Shown: positions 51,503-64,000 of the stretch, piece after piece | How positions within the stretch are numbered: the stretch's first letter is position 1 | Layout of the letters: each line of letters opens with the position of its first letter | Origin: Geosiphon pyriformis uo1 | Taxonomy: Eukaryota; Fungi; Glomeromycota | NCBI GenBank assembly: GCA_016748015.1 | Contig: JAAOMT010000276.1 | Location: 372,001-436,000, forward strand | Direction: 5' to 3' | Length of the DNA: 64,000 bases | The notes under the pieces: generated by a model | The model's database searches: none | The model's input: the letters and a program-made list of their open reading frames with translations, nothing else | What the model was told of the DNA's origin: nothing | Made by a program: the position numbers and the translations under genes

Positions 51503-54500
51503 ATATTACCACACATCCAGAAGCACTATTAATATAATAAGCACAGTTATAGTAAGCATGACTATGTCACTAAACAGAATTCTATTTCAAAGTAAACAAA
51601 AGAAAGCAGAATTATTAGGAACATATGGTAATTATTTCGAGGAATTTAAATTGTTATCTCCAATGCCATCAGAAATTTGATCACCATCACCACAACCAAA
51701 TTTTAGAGTCATTAGTCTTTGGGAAATAACTGACTCCAAAGAAAAGAAGAATAGTGATTAGAAAATTAGCAACCAAAACCCAATCTTAGAAAATTCAGAA
51801 ATTAAAACTCCAATTAATCAAACTCCAGAAAATTAGAATGATCAAAATCCTGACATAATTAATCAACAAAACTTACCTCCAATAATCAAGATCATCTATC
51901 ATCCATCCCACCAATTGCCAAACAGTAACAACAGCCACTATTACTATCCCAACAACAATTTCAGCAGTAATCACAACAACAACCAATGGCCTATGCTTCA
52001 ATTACAAAAATAGAAAAATTTACTAGTAAAGAGGATAATGTCCAAGTATGGCTCAATGACATGGAAAAAGCCATTACAGCAAATGGATGGAACAATAACA
52101 GAGCCCTTTAAGCAATTCCCTATTTTCTATAAAATACTGCCAACTTGTGGTATCAGAGTTTAGCCACCAAATCTCAAACATTCTAGGAATTTAAAATTGC
52201 ATTCTTAGAATATTTCAATAATAACAACAGTATTAATTGCCTAGCCAACATCTTCACTATCATCAAACAGAAAGAAACTGAAGCAGTTATCACTTACTTA
52301 GGACGTTTCCACAAGAACTTGCACCAAATTTAAGCAATTCAAGCTGACTATTTTACAGCACTACAGATTCTAAACCAGTTTATCTATGGACTGTACAGTA
52401 GTTTTTTCCAATGCATATATCCAATGCACCCACAAACTCTCCAGAACACAGTCACCAATACAAGAGATTTTAAATTAGCAGAACTTGAAGCAAACTATGC
52501 CCAAGCTATTAACCTAGTCATGAATGAATTATCTGACTTGAATTCTAAATTAAAACAACTCAGTAATGCAATTAATCAGAAATTGGAAAAATACTTAGCT
52601 AACAATCATGCAATTTATTAGCCACCTCAATAATATAATAATTCTGAAAGCATAAATCGCTCACAAAATCAGTTATGTCCATTATCATCATCATCCAATC
52701 AGCAGTGGCAACAAGAAATACATATCTGTCACAATTGTGGTAAATAAGATCACTTAAAAATTGACTGCCAAGCTTATAATAATAACTTATAATTGGAAAA
52801 TTAATATCGAAACTCCAATTATTAGTTTCAAGCTCTGAATTATCAACTCAACCCAGTATCATATCAACCAAATTACTTACCTATGACACAACAGCCAATC
52901 TATCAACCACCAATTTATTAGCCCTTAGTACCCATCATTTATCAACTACAGTCCTAGCCCATTTATTAGCCACAGTCTCAAGTAATCTATCAATCTCAAC
53001 CAATTCAAACACCACCATAAAACTTATTTCAAAATGGAACCCAAAGGCCAAAACTAATACAACAAAGCTGGAAATTGTTGATGGTAGTTCACCAACTGAT
53101 CTCCAGTTCTTTTATGCAATTATCAGAATCTTAACAATAGAGTTTAGAAACTGGGTATACTCAAAACCTGAGTTCCCAGAACTATTTAAGTCACCTGGTT
53201 ACTCCAAAAGATGCTTTATTCAATAACATAGAAACCAACCAAATTCAACCACTTACCACCAACAACATTCCACCAGCCACCATCATGGAAAATGAGTTAC
53301 TTGTAGCTATATTTTCCTTCAAAATAGAAGAACTGGCAGAAACCTCTTTGTTTAGTGAAGTCACACTTGAGGAAAAACTCATCACAGCAATATACACAGA
53401 TGCAAAAATTGATGGCCATTCTATCAAACTAATTCTAGATAGTGGATCAGCTGGCAGCATTATCACAAGACAGCTCATGAACCAGTTAGGTTGCCGAGTT
53501 GATTGAGCTGCCAGTACAAAAATAATTACAGCTGATGGAGCCACTAAGACTCCAATTGGTGAAATAGATAACCTATTTATCAAAGTCAATGATATCATCA
53601 TACCAATTAAAGTATTGGTCATAGAAGCCACTCAATACCAAGCACTCATTGGCAATAACTGGCTGTCTAAAACCAACACAACACTTGACTAGAACACTCA
53701 AGAGCTTCAGATTAATCAAAATGATCAACACATATGCATACCAATTATGTGTGGCCACTTCAAGCCTATTATCACATCATTAACACCACTTATTAAGTTA
53801 GAAGAAGAGGAAAAAAAACCTACTTGGGAAGTCTACCAAGTTTTTTGGGCCGACATAAAACACAACAAACTACTGCCGATACTATCATGGAATGACAAAG
53901 GAAAAGAAAGAAGAGAAAAAGAACTTACCAGGGAAACCAACCAAAGTTATTGGAACAGTAATAATTAAAGCAAGCAGTTACTGATTTAGACTTGGGAAGA
54001 AAAAGGAAAAGGGAAAAAAAAAGAACCAGAACTAGTCACTATTCCAATATATACATCATATACTTACTCTTAACCACCACAATCATATTATTGTTGACCA
54101 AAGCTCATATGCATTGATTGTAATAAGAAATTGTCATCAATGGGTGCATGCTGTGGTAACAATAAGAAATACCTAATGACAACTAAATTTTATTGCCACC
54201 TATGCATTATTAAATGCTTTGGAAGACCAAAACAAATTAGAAAATAGGATAATAAGCTGTGCTTGGCTTGTGGAAAAACCCTCCTCAACAAAGGAATGTG
54301 AAACAACATTCCTAGGAGAGGAAAAACATGTGACAAATCATGTTAGTACATAATTCTTATAAATGACTGGGTAAGAAAAAGAATGTTTATAGATGCTGCC
54401 TGGAGATGAACAGTCAAGTGTTTGGATGGATGTTCACACAATAATGATAATATCTGGTGAATAGCTCTTACCAAAATCAAAAGAGTATTATCAGAAGAGA

Positions 54501-54984
54501 TAAGAATGATCAAAAATAACCTTTCAAAGCTCATAAAACTTGACTGGGACCCAAAACCAGTCATAAACCTACTAGATCCAGAACAATTCCACAAACACTA
54601 CCAGAAATTAGCACCCACTAGAGAGAAACAAAAGCAATAATTGGAAGAAATAAACACAAGACTATGTGACCATTGTTTGATCCCATGTAACTTCCAATAT
54701 TGTACTAAGTGTAACCTCATTTACAATCCACCACCATGCATGATCTACACAATCCCAGAGGAGAACAAACCAATCAACAGCTGTATATCAGAATTGAAAT
54801 CAACTTTCAATCCTGATTCAAACTTTGACAATGACGACAATAAAAACAACAGTTCCAGCTTAGCTCAAAATGACTATGAAAACAACAATGATTTGAACTT
54901 TGATTCAAATCCTGAAACATATATTGCACTTCTTGATTTCTCCAAGAAACAGGAACTCAGATGGTACAGTGATAATAATGAAAG

Positions 54985-55385
54985 TATTATGTTAAAACAG
55001 GCACATGATACTGATGCAGGGTTTAATCTGAGATATCTGGGAAAAGATCCCATCAAATTAGAACCACATTCACACATATGTATTGATCTCAAAGTAGTAT
55101 TAGAAATCCCAACAACAACAATGATCCAACTAGCATCTAAAAGTAGCTTAGCAAAAAAGGGAATCAACATCAAAGAAAAAATAATTGACACAGGATATGT
55201 AAGAAATATCATTGCAATACTACAAAATAATTCAGAAAAAGCCTATATCATTGAGCCAAATGAAAAGATAACACAGGCAATATTCCTGCCTCTGGTGAAA
55301 GTAGTTCAATTAGTATTAGTGAGAAACAAAAAAGAATTAGGAATCACAGTTAGAGAAATACAGAGTTTTAAATCCACAAGTAGAA
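54985..55385 (+). pseudogene. dUTPase domain within the element A polyprotein
   Basis: All five motifs are recognisable despite G>A decay: DAGFNL, ASKSSLAKKG, IIDTGYVRNI, KITQAIF, REIQSFKST. Confidence 0.9.
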
Positions 55386-56352
55386 TAAATATACCAGTTA
55401 ATATGGCAGAGGAAGAAATTGCTGACAAGAAAAAAATTATCTTCACCCATTAACCAATTTCTATTTCTCCATATGACCAGTACATAGTAGTCATAAAAAA
55501 GAAAATAAGAGATCAGGTTCAGATTTTTGAGGCAAAAGCAACACTTTGCAAATTAGGAAAAATTGGATTAGTCAATTTACACATACCAGCCAAGAATCAC
55601 AGTTACATAAAAATCCCTATTTACAACAATACAAGAGGTATTATCGAGATACTGGAAAGAACTGCTATTAGATACTTGACCACAGAAATTGAAGACCAAT
55701 TTTCAGATACCATTCCAGACTTTCCACAACTGTGTGAATATGTGGATATTATATCACAAACAATCTATGGACAAAAAAAATGTTATCTGCTCTAACCAAA
55801 ACAATTAGAACAAATGAACTTGGAAAACTTAGACTCATTTCAACAAATACAACTCAAGATGTTACTCACTAATTTCAATAACATATTTGCCAGTAAAAAT
55901 AAATTTGGCAGAACTGACATTATCCAACACCAAATCAAAATGGGAGATGCAATGCCAATTAAACAGAGAGCATACAAAGTACTACTAGCCAGCCATGAGA
56001 TTATTCATCAAGAAATCAATCAGATGCTTGACAATGGGCTAATTCAGCCATCAATGAGCCCATGGTCATCACCAGTGATACTAGTCTATAAGAAAAATGG
56101 AAAAATCTGCTTTTGTGTGGATTACCAGAAACTAAATAGAATAACCAAAGGATATAGTTACCCAATTCCAAAAATTTAAGAGCTGTTCAATGCTTTTGAA
56201 GAAAAGAAATGGTTTTCAACTTTAGACTTGGACAGTGGTTATTGGCAAGTAGCCATAAAACCAGAAGACAAAAAGAAAATGGCTTTTACAACTTGGAAAG
56301 AAAATTTCGAATTTAAAGTGATGCCATTTGGATTGATGAATGCTCCAGCCAC

Positions 56353-57289
56353 TGTTATGAGTAAACTTGGCGGGGTATAGTGGTAACGTTTAGTGCTCTA
56401 TTTTTGGGTTATCTTTCAAAGTTGTCTGCTTTTTCTGCCATGTCAGTGTTATCAGTCTCTGAAGATTTATTTCTGGATGTGAATTTACCCATTGAGTTTT
56501 TTGGTTATAAGGCACAGAGTTTGTCTTTTATCAATTGCAACATTTTTCGTAATTGTAAGTTTTTTTTTCCATGCTAATGAGTGCAGTTGTTAGGATTTGG
56601 CATTGTCTTTTCATTCTTCTGGTAAGCTACCAAGATAACATTAATATCCAAAACTTAGAAGAAGCTTCCTTTTTTTATTAGGCTATTACAAAATCTATTC
56701 CAAGACAGTCAATTTTTTTATGTTGCTACTCCAAACAAAAGAAGAAAGAAAAGAAAAAAATAAAGAAAGAAAAAGAAAAGAAAAAAAAGAAAAAGAATTA
56801 GTTCCTGTCAATCACTATGATTAAGAGCAATTGGTCTAAATTGTTAAGGTTTGAGGTATTTATGCTAATGACATCTGTCCTGAAATGAAGATAGAAAATA
56901 CTGATTTTGATTTTTAATTGAAATCCATAATATTGGCAAACATAAAATGGTAAATTAAATTTCTTTTTGGTTTTTGATATTTTATTGTATTTTGGACTAT
57001 GAATATATGATAAGTATAATACAAAGTAAAATTGATTGCTAACTAATTGTCTTTTTAATTTCTACAACTACTTGCTTTAATACATTCTTTTGGTTTTACA
57101 GGATTGTTTTCAATTGCTTCACTATTGCTAGTTATTACTAGCTATTGCTCATTATTGCTAGCTATTGCTTGTGTTTACTAGCTATTGCTCACATTTGTCC
57201 TGTGTTACTTTGAGTTGTATTGTGTTTTTCTTGTCATGTTTCTTTGTCATGTTTTTCCATAGCTTTTTGGTTTTTCTACTTGGGTAATA
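56353..57289 (-). repeat. 3' LTR of element D
   Basis: Termini T(A)TTACCCA...CTCATAACA on the minus strand, adjacent to the PPT. GCTATTGCT-type array at ~57110-57190. Confidence 0.8.
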
Positions 57290-57303
57290 TTATCCCTCCC
57301 TTT

Positions 57304-58035
57304 TTAAAATTGAGCTTCTGTGAAATCATCTATTTTAGCCAAGTTTGTGTTTTCCATAAAAAACTCAAATGTTGCCTTTAGTATTGCTTTTTGTAGGACT
57401 TCAAATTGGGTGTTTGTCATCTGTCCTATGTTGTTAACTGTGATAGTTTTCAGAATTTTGTCTAGTAGTACTATTGGACAGTGTTTAAATGCTAAATATA
57501 GTTGGTATGTTGTTTTGTAGTATAGGTTTAAGTTGTTTCTTCCCACAAATTCTTCTACTTGTCTGTGGGCTTCTTTGTTGATTGATTGATGGTTGAGGTT
57601 TTTGTATGACTATCTAATCCTAATTGTAACCCAATTTTAAATAGCCAATAGATGAGTAGAAGTTTTTTTTTCCATTTTTTTGCATTTTCAGATGTCCATT
57701 CTCTTGTTACTGGCTCTGGTGTTTGTCTGTTCAGACTCTTCCTTATTTTCTTAATTCTCACTCAACACAGTTCTATTTTTGTTACTTTCTCCTTCTTCTT
57801 AGCTGTGTCAGGTTCTATCTCTGCCATATTTATTTATTTTTTTTTCATAGAGATAGGTTTGCTTGTAAGGATGGGACAGCTTAGTTCTAGTTGAACTCTC
57901 GTCCATCTCTTTCTTGCTCTTATTCCTGTATTGTATTTTTTTTTTATTAATTGTGATTTTTATTTGAGTAGAAGATTGTTGAATTGCATCAAACAGTTGT
58001 TTCAAAAGTTGTAGAATTTGATCTGAAAGGTTCAT
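57304..58035 (-). pseudogene. ORF3 of element D (unknown function)
   Basis: MNLSDQILQLLKQLF...FVGRNNL...MTNTQFEVLQ...DDFTEAQF*, homologous to ORF3 of B. Confidence 0.75.
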
Positions 58036-61000
58036 GTTAAAAAAGATTCTATCGTTTTCTTGTTGTTTTCTGAGTGGTATATATACTTGAATTTTCTAAT
58101 TTAATTTGCTACATGTTGTCTATGTTTCAATAATGATGATTAGAGTTAGATCTCGTGGTATATTTTCTGGTCTGATTAATAGAATTTGTGTTCCTAGTTG
58201 ATGTACTGATGACGATAACTGTTGTTTCACATGATAAATTTTTAATTGATTTCCATGAGCTACTTTCTTTAAAATTCTGTCTTCCAATTGTAATTTGTAA
58301 GCTCCATTTCCTAAAGCTTTGTGTATGTAAAATGGGCTGTCTTACTTTGGGTCAAACTTTCTGCTCCATTGTTTTTCTGCTTTTGTATGATGTAACAGTA
58401 CTTGGTTTCCAATCTTAAATTCCATTGGTTGTTTAAGTAGGTGATTGTCATGTCTTTTTTTTTGTCATTTTTGAACATTACTAATATTTTCAGCTGCTAT
58501 TCTACGATTGTTTTTTAACATTTCCATTAGCTGATACATTTTTTGGCATAAGGTAACTTCAAAATTTTCTTTATTGATAGTTTTTATTGGGTAGGACACT
58601 ATTTTTTGTTCAATAGGTAATGTTGTTTTTCTTCCATAAACTAATTTGAATGGTATAAACTGTGTCGTATTTTGCTTTAATGTTCAATATACAAAGAGTA
58701 CAGAAGGTATGAATAAGTCTTATTTTTGTTTGTTTTTGTAACTTATTTTTGTTAATGCTTCACATAATGTTCTGTTAAACTGTTTCACCAGTCCATTTGT
58801 TTATGAGTGATATGGTGACAATAATGGTCATTTTATACCAAAACATTGACTCAATTCAGTTAACATAGTATTGGCAAAATGTGTTCCTTAGTCTGATAAC
58901 AGTTCTTTCAATTTTGGTGTATGAATTCAGCTACTGTTTTGGCATTAGCTACTTGGATTGTTCTTGCTTCTGGCCATTTTGTAAGATAGTTTATGGCTAC
59001 CATGATGTAACAATTTCTTTTGGATGTAATCAAAAAAAGACCAACCAAATCGATCCCAATTCTATTAAATGGATTTCCAACTGGAATGGATCAAAATGGT
59101 TTCATTATTCTGGCTCCTTCTCTTCACTGGCATAAGTCACAATTAAGAACATATTCGAAGATATTCTTATACATTGTAGGCCAATAGTATAGATTTGTTG
59201 TTTTTTCTAGAGTTGTGTTTTTGTTGAAGTGTTTTGTAGTTGGGTCAAAATGCATACTATATAATATAGCTTCTTTTTTACTGTCCTTGATCAATCGTTG
59301 TGGAGTGGTGTGGTTTTGTCATTTTCAATAATAGAGTTGGTCATTTTAAATAAAGTAACTTTGCATTTGTTTTCATATGGTATTTTGTTTCTGTTAAGAT
59401 AATATCTCCTTGAAACTTAGTGTTAATAAGTACTGATGTAATTGCTGATAAGTAAGTGTGTTCATGGGTCTGAGATTAGGTTTGTGGCATCCTTAACAAA
59501 CTGTTGGCATTGGTATTCTTGGATTCTTCCTTGTAATGAACTTTAAGTGAAAATTTTTGCAGATAAGTACTCCATCTTGCATATTTTCCTTCCAGCTGTG
59601 GGTTATTGAGTAACTAAATGAGTCCCTTATGATCGGTATATAGGTCAAATGGTTGCCTAAGGTAGTGTTTCCATGTTTGTATGGCCCAATAAATAGCGAG
59701 GCATTCCAAATTCATTGTGCTATATATTTTTTCTGCTGGACTAGTACTATAACTGGTGTAGGCAATTAGATGTTCTCTTCTGTTTAGTCTTATTTGTGAT
59801 AATACAGCTCCTAATGTATTTTTTGATACATCTGTAGTAACAATGAATTGTTTGGTAAAGTCAGAATAGATTAGTATTGGAGATGTGATTAATTACTGTT
59901 TAAAATAGTTAAAGGTCTTTTGTTGCTCTTCTTTCTACAGATATGGCATGTATTTGGACAACAAGTGATGAAGGGGTTTTGCAATAGTTGAGAATCCTTT
60001 GACAAATTGGCAGTAGTATCCAGCCAATTCTAAAAATCTTTGCAGCTCTCGTAGATTGATTGGGGCTAAAAAATCCTTGACTTTTTGGATTTTGTCTGGA
60101 TTGGGTTTTACTCTATCTTTGTCAATCATGTGTCCTAAGAATTTCAGTTTGGTTTTCTCAAAGAAGCATTTATTAGGATTGAGTTTCAATCTGGCATCTC
60201 AAAGGCATTTAAAGACTTGTTGTAGGTAGAACAAATATTTATTGAATATTTCCAAGAAGACATTGGTGTTGTCTAAGTATACTATGACTGATTTCCACAA
60301 AATTTTTTTATACACGACATCCATGAGACATTGAAAGGTAGTGGAAGCATTGCACAATTCAAAAGGCATCATATTGAATTCAAAGTTTCTGTCTTGGGTA
60401 GTGAATGCCATTTTCTCTTTGTCTTTTGGGTCCATTTTGACTTGCCAATATTCACTGACTAGATCTAATGATAAGAACCATTTTTTCTTTCCTAAGTTGT
60501 CTAAAATTTCTTGGATAACAGGAGTAAGATAGCTATCTCCTCAGGTAACACTATTTAATTTCCAGTAATCCACACAAAATCATACCTTTTTGTAACTAAG
60601 ACCAAGGGCTTAATGATTTTTTAATCAGTCCATTGTCAAGCATTCGTTATACTTTCTGCTTAATCAGATTATTACCAGATGAGGGTACTCGGTAAGCTTA
60701 CTGTTTAATAGGTTGAGAATTTCGAGTGTTAATCTAGTGTTTTATGATGTCAGTGCATCCAAACTCATTTTTGCTGGCAAAGACATTGGCATATTGGTTC
60801 AATAGAATCTTAAGTTACATTTGCTGTAAAGTGCTCAGGTTTCCCAAATTGAGTTTATTGATTTCTTTTGGCATGAACAAATAACTTTTTTTTGGCAAAT
60901 TCCATATTTGTGAGGTAATGTCACAGAACAAGAACAATTGAGTGAAGTCTGGAATGGGCTGGAGTTTTTCTGAATTCTGAATATTTGAAGATATGGAACC

Positions 61001-64000
61001 AATAAGGGTTCCTTCAGGAATTTTGATAACGTTTTTGGTCAGATTGTGGATGGGAATTTTGAAGTGTTTATAAGCTTTGGCTGGTAAGTACAGATTAGCA
61101 ATGTCAGCTAGTGAGCAGATCTCAAGATTGGCCTTGAAGATTAGTGCTTGGTTTTAAATCTTTTGGTCAACTTTGAGAATGTACTGCTGATAAGGAGGGA
61201 TGAAAATGATGGTGTTAGTGTAAATAAGTTCTACCTAATCATTATTCTTCTCCATAAAATTGACCATTATGTTCCCTCTTTCACTTGAGCCAAATTCATT
61301 GATTCCTTAGGCAGTAAGGCTTAATTTTTCTTGGGTGGTAATTAAAGCTAGTTGGAGTATTTTGACTAAAGGTAGGAAGATGGCTTGGGCAATCTTTTCA
61401 TGAGATTTGATCTTATAGGATTTGTCTGAATTGTTCTGCAGCATCAAGATGATGTTTTTTGTATAGCCAGCATTGATAATTTTTCCTTTTATGTCAATTT
61501 CTTTCTTTGTAAGGCTTGATCTAAATGCTATTTGTACTATGGTGTTAACAGGAATTTCTAATACTATTTTGAGATCTATTTTTACCAGGGAATGTGGGGC
61601 TATAACTATGGGTGATTGTCCAGAGTATCTTAAATCAAAACCTGCATTAGTCTTATGCACTCTTTCTGGACATATTCTTTTGTCATTGTCACTGTATCAT
61701 TTTAATTCTAATTCTTTGAAGAGGTTGAGATACATGAAGTATTGTTCTATTTCAGTAGTCTGATTTGGCTCTTGAAATAACATGTTCTTGGCAAGTAATT
61801 CCTCTTTTTCTTCAGGCTCAAGTAATTTGGTGATTGAATATAGGATTCTGGAAAGCAAGTTGAACATGAAATTACACTCATCACAATATTGAAAATGGCA
61901 AGAAATTAAGCAATGATTGCATAGTTTGGTATTTAGATCAGCTAGCTGCTGTTCTTGCTCTTTTTGGGTTGGGGCCAATTCTTGATATTGGTTCTGAAAT
62001 GCATCAGAGTGATCTGTGATGAAATCATCCACGGAGTAGTCAGATTCATTATATTCGAGTGTCCAAGAGTTGTCTTTGATTTCTCGTATTTTTTTGGGCA
62101 TAGTGCCTTTGGCTTTGGTGCTTGCTATTCTTCAGATTTTGTGATTATCATGTGGATAACCGTCTAACCTATTGAGTGCTCATTTCTAAGCATTCTTAAT
62201 GAGAGTTTTCTTTTATACCCAATCATTAATTAATATGGTGTACTGACAAGTCTTGTCACATGTTTTTTCTCTGCCAGGCACATTATTTTAGAGTTCTTTA
62301 TTAGGCAGGATCTCATTACATGCAAGGCATAACATGTTGTTTCATTTGCCTTGTCATTTCGGTCATCCAAATTTTTTCAGTAAACAAGGTTTGCAGTAGT
62401 ATTTGGTGGCAGTAGACCATTTTTTATTATTCTTGATACATGTGCTCATTGTGGATAGCTTCTTTTCACAATCAACATTATTAGTTTTGGAGGTTGGTAA
62501 AATAAATTTCTTTGGTCCAAGATTATGTATCCTAGTGATGATAATTGGAGTTCTTTTTTGGCTCTGCCTTTTTTTTTTTTTTCAGGTTGGTGGTAGAAGT
62601 AGTTCAGTTTGATAATTGTCCGCCCATGAAACCTGATAGATTTCAATGGTCAATGGTAGTGGTGTGTCTTCGAATTCAATAAGGAGTTCCTCAGTATGTT
62701 GGGTTTTAAAGTGTCTGCACATAACTGGAACTTGGGCATGCTGTCCATTAAATGTGAATTGAAGTTCTTAGGTGTTCCAGTCGAGTGTAGCATTAGCTTT
62801 TAACAGCCAATCATTTCCTACTAGAGCTTGATATTAAGTAACTTCTATAATAAGTACTTTGGTAAAAATCTGGATTTTATTAATCTCGAAGGAGAAGTTG
62901 TCAATTTTTCTTATTAGGGTTTTTGTGTTTCCATCTGCTGTAATGATTTAAGCAGTAGTAACATGGTTTACTTGGCAACCTAGTTGGTTTATAAGCTGCT
63001 TTATGATTATGCTACTGGCTAATCCACTATTCAGAATTAATTTAATGTCTATTCCACAGGTATAGATTTATCAAAACCCTGGTCTTCCATAAAACCAAGA
63101 TAGGAAGCTTGATTTGGGTATCCAGTTGGTGCTGGTCGAGATTGGGCAGGACTGCGAGAGATTGGTTGAGACAGTTCACTGTTGGTTTGCACTTAATTGT
63201 TGTTGGAATTGATTATAATCTATGGCTTGAGGTCTGGGCTGGCTGTAAGGGGGAGTTTGATAATAAAGGATTGTTTGTGTTATTGGTGATAGTTGATAAT
63301 AATTCCAGGGCAGTGGTTGAGTGTATGAGACTTGTTGTGCATACTGGGACAGTTGATTTTAAGGTATGAAATATTGGAATACCATGTTTTACTAATATCT
63401 TGGTTGCTGGTATTGGTTTCCTTAAGTTTGGTCTATTATCTTTTTTCTGCAGTTATGGGCAATATGTTCAGGTTTCTGGTAGTAGTAACAGTTGTGGAGA
63501 TTGAATCTCCAAGGTTGTTGCTGTTGCTGACAGTTCTGTTACTGGGAGTATCTGCTGTTGTTGTTATTTTCTTTTCATTGTGATGGTTGGTAAGTTTCTA
63601 TGGTTTCAGTTAAAAATTCCTCAATTTTCTGAGTTAATTTTTCACTTAATTGGATTATCTTTGCATTGATGTCAGAGATTTTATTGATGGCTAAATTAAT
63701 AACTTGGATATGGTTTGCTTCTTGTTTTGCAGACTCAAAATCACAAGTGAGAGTGACTGCTTTTTGTAGGGTTGTCAGATGATGAAGTTATATAAACCTT
63801 AGGTGACTGCTCCTTAGTTTTTTAATGAATTGATTGAGAATTTGTGCAGTGGTATAATAATTCTACTTAATGGCTAGAATTTGTCAAAAGACCTGATTGA
63901 ATCTTCCGAGATAAGTAGTTACTGCTTCATGGTCATTTTGTTTTATTATACTGAATTGATTTTGCAATTAAATGAGTGTATTAAAGTCACAAAAGTATTG

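Larger units (their letters stand above)
32220..56352 (+). mobile_element. Ty3/Gypsy element A (dUTPase family). Own sequence is 32220-33559 and 51503-56352, split by C and D; remainder lies outside the window
   Basis: 5' LTR plus PBS. The reading NPSY|YHTSRSTINI is restored across the C insertion. Contains gag with CHNCGK*DHLKIDC, protease LILDSGSAGS, the Cys-rich module, dUTPase and RT up to MPFGLMNAPA. ORF pieces 52424-56179 are all in one frame. Confidence 0.92.
56353..64000 (-). mobile_element. Ty3/Gypsy element D (dUTPase family), 5' part outside the window
   Basis: 3' LTR 56353-57289 and PPT AAAAAGGGAGGGATAA. ORF3 57304-58035, integrase from ATG 59465, RT VYLDN(D)T, dUTPase ~61285-61670, Cys module, protease and gag knuckle. 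Inserted in the RT of A. Confidence 0.92.

Overview
AT-rich, intron-rich fungal genomic DNA. Gene and transposon style suggests Mucoromycota/Glomeromycotina; this is an inference, not a database result. Positions ~1.3-12.7 kb are a compact island of four spliced genes whose exons I could join by hand: a DUF1365 protein (+), methionine aminopeptidase 1 (+), a double-Myb telobox protein of the Tay1/Teb1 type (-) and a conserved fungal calponin-homology-like protein (-). Everything from ~16 kb on is decayed, nested retrotransposon DNA: two APE-RT-RNaseH LINEs, LINE relics, two solo LTRs and four nested Ty3/Gypsy elements (A-D). All are inactivated, almost entirely by C>T/G>A transitions. The most striking signal is the shared, unusual architecture of the Gypsy elements. 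RT-RNaseH stops at the same codon in three independent elements (B, C, D), and integrase is a separate ATG-initiated ORF in the +1 frame. A third, non-env ORF sits between integrase and the PPT. Elements A, B and D also carry a multi-zinc-finger module and a five-motif dUTPase between protease and RT. Element C lacks these and instead has a canonical -1 ribosomal frameshift signal between gag and pro.
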